Shown piece after piece: positions 61,312 through 64,000 of a stretch of 64,000 bases of DNA. The position numbers were made by a program, and so were the translations under genes. Where the stretch lies: NCBI GenBank assembly GCA_900546265.1, contig URCA01000015.1:1542-65541 (forward strand), written 5' to 3'. Every line of letters begins with the position of its first letter. The stretch's first letter is position 1. The notes under the pieces were generated by a model. It worked only from the letters and a program-made list of their open reading frames with translations, made no database searches and had not been told where the DNA came from. This DNA is from an uncultured Oscillospiraceae bacterium (GTDB taxonomy: Bacteria > Bacillota > Clostridia > Oscillospirales > Acutalibacteraceae).

Positions 61312-63769
61312 TCACCTCCCGCCGGCTGAGCCGAACAGCCGCGTCTTGTACTCCGGGAAATGCACCTGTAGGTGATACCGCTCATTACCACACTTATACA
61401 GGCAGCAGCCCCGCGCCGGATATTTGATGAGGTCATACTCGCTCTGTTCCAGCTGCAGGGAGTCCATATAGAACCGAGCGTCGGTGTTGCCGGCATTGAA
61501 CAGGAAGACATGCGTGGGAATGGCGAACAGAGGCTTGGTATATTCCCGCACACCCTCGAGATCGAAGTCCTCCAAATTCTGCGACGCGAGCAGCACGGCG
61601 CTGTCCCTTTTGCGCACCCTCTTCATAAAGTTGCGGATATATTCGATGGCGGTCAGGTTGGAGAGGAACAGGTACAGCTCATCCACCGACGCGACGGCGT
61701 TTCCTTTGGTCAGCAGCTCGTTGCTCATGTAGGACAGCACATTGAACAGCATCGCATCCTTCACACACTTGTTGGCTTCCAACAAGCCTTTAACCCCGAA
61801 GCAGATGAACATGGAATCCGTGATATTGGTGTGGCCGTTGAAGAAGCGGCTGTCGCTGCCCACGCACAGGGAGTGGAGGCCCAGCGCCAATTCCTGCAGG
61901 GTGCTTTCAGTGTACAGGTTCTTTTTCTTTTCGTCGTATTGCTTGTATTCTTGCTCAACAAGCCGGTACAGATCCGAAAGGATAGGGAAATTCCCAGAAC
62001 CGCTCCCTTCCCGCACACCGAAATCCCCATACAACCGGAGCAGCAGGATTTCCAGCGTGTCCAGATGGCGCTCCTCCCAGCCGGGTTTATACGCCTTGAA
62101 GAAATCCCGCAGGAAGCTGATATGCTGCGCCAGCCGCGTGGCGGCGGTGAACGCCGCCGGTGCCGGCTGTCCGTCCTCATCCTCAATTCCGTCCGCCCAC
62201 AGCTTGGGTTCCAGCACGTTGATGATGTGCTTCCCTTCCATAAGATCCAGATAGCAGCCGCCCAGGTTCTCCGTCAGCTCCTTATATTCCCCTTCGGGGT
62301 CAAGGGCCAGAGCACGTTTGCCTATTTGCCGAATAATCGTCAACAATCCTTTGAGCAGATACGATTTGCCCTGCCCGCTGTTGCCAAGTATGAGGAAACC
62401 ATTATTGGTTTTATCATCCTCATGTTTAAATGGGTCAAGCAGGATATGGCTTCCGCACGTTTCGCGGCCAATGGGGAAACCATGCGCATCGGTCTTGCCG
62501 GAATAATTCATTGGGAACAGGTTTGCCGCCGAGCCAGCGGGTAGCACACGCTCATACTGAATCCCCAGCGCGTTATATCCCACCGGCCCGGCAGATAAAA
62601 AGCCCTCCTTCTGTCGGAGCAGCAGACGGTCGACTTGGATTTTACACCGAGCCAGTTCGGTCTGCACCTCTGTCTGCAGTTCACGCAGCGCCTCTAGGCT
62701 CCGGGCCGCCATCTCCATATACACAGCCGTGTGTACCAGCGGCTCCTTGTCCCGGTGCATACGGGCAATGAGGGACGCCACGTCCTCCAGGTTGCTCTGC
62801 GCCACCACACTTTGCTTGAGATCATCGGTGCCGGCCACCATCCGATTCTTTTTCGTCGCGCCGGCCAATATTTTGTTTTCCTCCGCCGGCGTTATATGCC
62901 GGATATAGAGGTGCAGGGTGACGCCATCCCGTTCCCCGAGCCCTCGCAGAAGTGCCTGTTCCTTGGTCGATGTCGGATAATCGCGTACCGCCCACACACA
63001 GCGGTACGTATCGCCGCAGATGATGTGGTCGGTGTAGAACCGAATAGCAGCTGGCGTGATGAGGTCGGCAAACGACTTGACGCGGACCTCCGTTGACAAA
63101 ACAGCCAGCCTCTGTTCCGCCTCTATAGCCGGATGAATCCCTCCTTCGACATTGCCCCATGAGCCGGGAAGCGGCTGCATCGAGGCGGGCAGTCTTTTTT
63201 TCTTAAACACCGGCCACCCACCTTTCGCCGTCGATACTGTCAAGCGATCCAACCGGCTGCTGCGTGTAGTATACAGCCAGCAGTCGGCGGAGATCATCCG
63301 GCGCGGCGGCTTCGGCCTCAAAGCCCTGTTCCTTGAGTACCTTTCCCAACCTTTGCGCGTCGTTTTGTTCTCCGCCCGCCTGCTGACGCAGGACGATATA
63401 GAATTCCCGCGCCGTGGCCATGTCCCGTTGGATATCATCCAAATACTGAATGTCCTGCTCACACAATCTTTGGACAGCCGGGTTGTCCTCCTGTTGAATC
63501 CGTTCTAAAAAATATGTTTTGTTGTCCTCAAAGCTCTCAGAAGTGTTCAAACACACAATCTCCACGCTTGGAACAGCGGCCAGTACATTGGCCAGTGCCG
63601 CCTCCTTGGCTTCCATCACGGATGCCGGCAGCACTGCCACGTTTACTGGGCGGATCCGGTAAAACAGCAGTTCCGTATTCTGCCCGACCAGCACACGGTT
63701 GCCCGACACCTCTTGGATGCCGATCAGATCCTGTGCCGACCGTCTTGCTTTAGTAATTTTGGGCTTCAT
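61312..63769 (-). pseudogene. VirB4-like conjugation ATPase, apparently split by a 1-nt frameshift into 188-aa and 632-aa ORFs
   Basis: The N-terminal ORF (ATG 63769, GGAGGTGA RBS) reads MKPKITKARRSAQDLIGIQEVSGNRVLV..., which has the look of a VirB4 N-domain. The second ORF has Walker A LILGNSGQGKSYLL and Walker B-like VASVDELYLF. Deleting one T in GTTTAAG at about 63203-63207 fuses them (…WVAGVKKKRLPASMQ…) into about 820 aa. Confidence 0.55.
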
Positions 63770-63771
63770 AT

Positions 63772-64000
63772 TCACCTCCAGAAAAATAACTGCTGACCGA
63801 TTAGAAAAAAGCAAACAGAGTATCGGATGTAATCCAGGATCGTCATCTCCTCCATACGGATGGTGACGAACGCGAACACAGCCGATACCACAAAAGGAAC
63901 CAGCGTCCCCAGCTGCGCGAACGCCAGCGCCGACAGCAGAAAGCCAGCGCCGATGAACACGATATGGCGTAGTTCCCACAGCCACAGCGTCGGACGGGCT
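63772..64000 (-). CDS. PrgI-family (VirB3-like) small membrane protein, with the N-terminus off the window
   Basis: The frame is open to the window edge (…LWLWELRHIVFIGAGFLLSALAFAQLGTLVPFVVSAVFAFVTIRMEEMTILDYIRYSVCFFL…). The pattern is two TM segments followed by G/R-M-x-x-x-x-(Y/F). It lies directly upstream of the VirB4-like gene. Confidence 0.55.
   Translation of the reverse strand, partial: ARPTLWLWELRHIVFIGAGFLLSALAFAQLGTLVPFVVSAVFAFVTIRMEEMTILDYIRYSVCFFLIGQQLFFWR

Overview
This is a GC-rich window with AT-rich intergenic regions. It looks Gram-positive and Clostridia-like: GGAGG-type RBSs, lipoboxes, and one sortase-type sorting signal. Almost all genes are on the minus strand. I had no search tools, so every product name comes from motifs recognised by eye.

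There are four blocks.

(1) 1-25.6 kb is a glycan-utilisation operon. It holds the rhaA 5' end, a URO-D-like gene, a GH38 alpha-mannosidase, two CUT1-type permease pairs, a 944-aa binding protein and a 539-aa binding protein. It also holds an NHL-propeller/Yip1 membrane protein, an 875-aa secreted unknown, three paralogous clan-GH-A-like enzymes, a wall-anchored four-module protein and an AraR-type regulator.

(2) 25.9-28.5 kb holds a 5S rRNA with terminators, a 5'-truncated tRNA-Asn, a degraded large serine recombinase and a small sigma-region-4 protein.

(3) 28.9-51.6 kb is a second glycan locus. It holds an SGNH esterase, a GH-A lipoprotein, a duplicated-module membrane protein plus a small paralog, an ABC importer, an AraC regulator and a 2231-aa lipoprotein made of six ~337-aa repeats. 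A GH78-like gene and a GH36 alpha-galactosidase are transcribed divergently.

(4) 51.8-64 kb is a conjugation module: HTH, VirD4-like coupling protein, Toprim protein, relaxase-Sel1 fusion, PIN/AbrB pair, RHH protein, VirB4-like ATPase and PrgI-like protein. Both the coupling protein and the VirB4-like ATPase are broken by 1-nt frameshifts.

Main leads:
- Blocks 2-4 read like one decayed Tn916/Tn5397-style ICE. Its cargo slot carries a 23-kb glycan island, and it is inserted in a tRNA-Asn.
- The binding protein-permease-propeller/Yip1-unknown-permease cassette has no obvious mechanistic explanation.
- The paralogous hydrolase-like trio shares an apparently new binding module with the wall-anchored protein.
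- The giant six-repeat lipoprotein shows signs of repeat homogenisation.

I saw no CRISPR array, no reverse transcriptase and no obvious defence operon.
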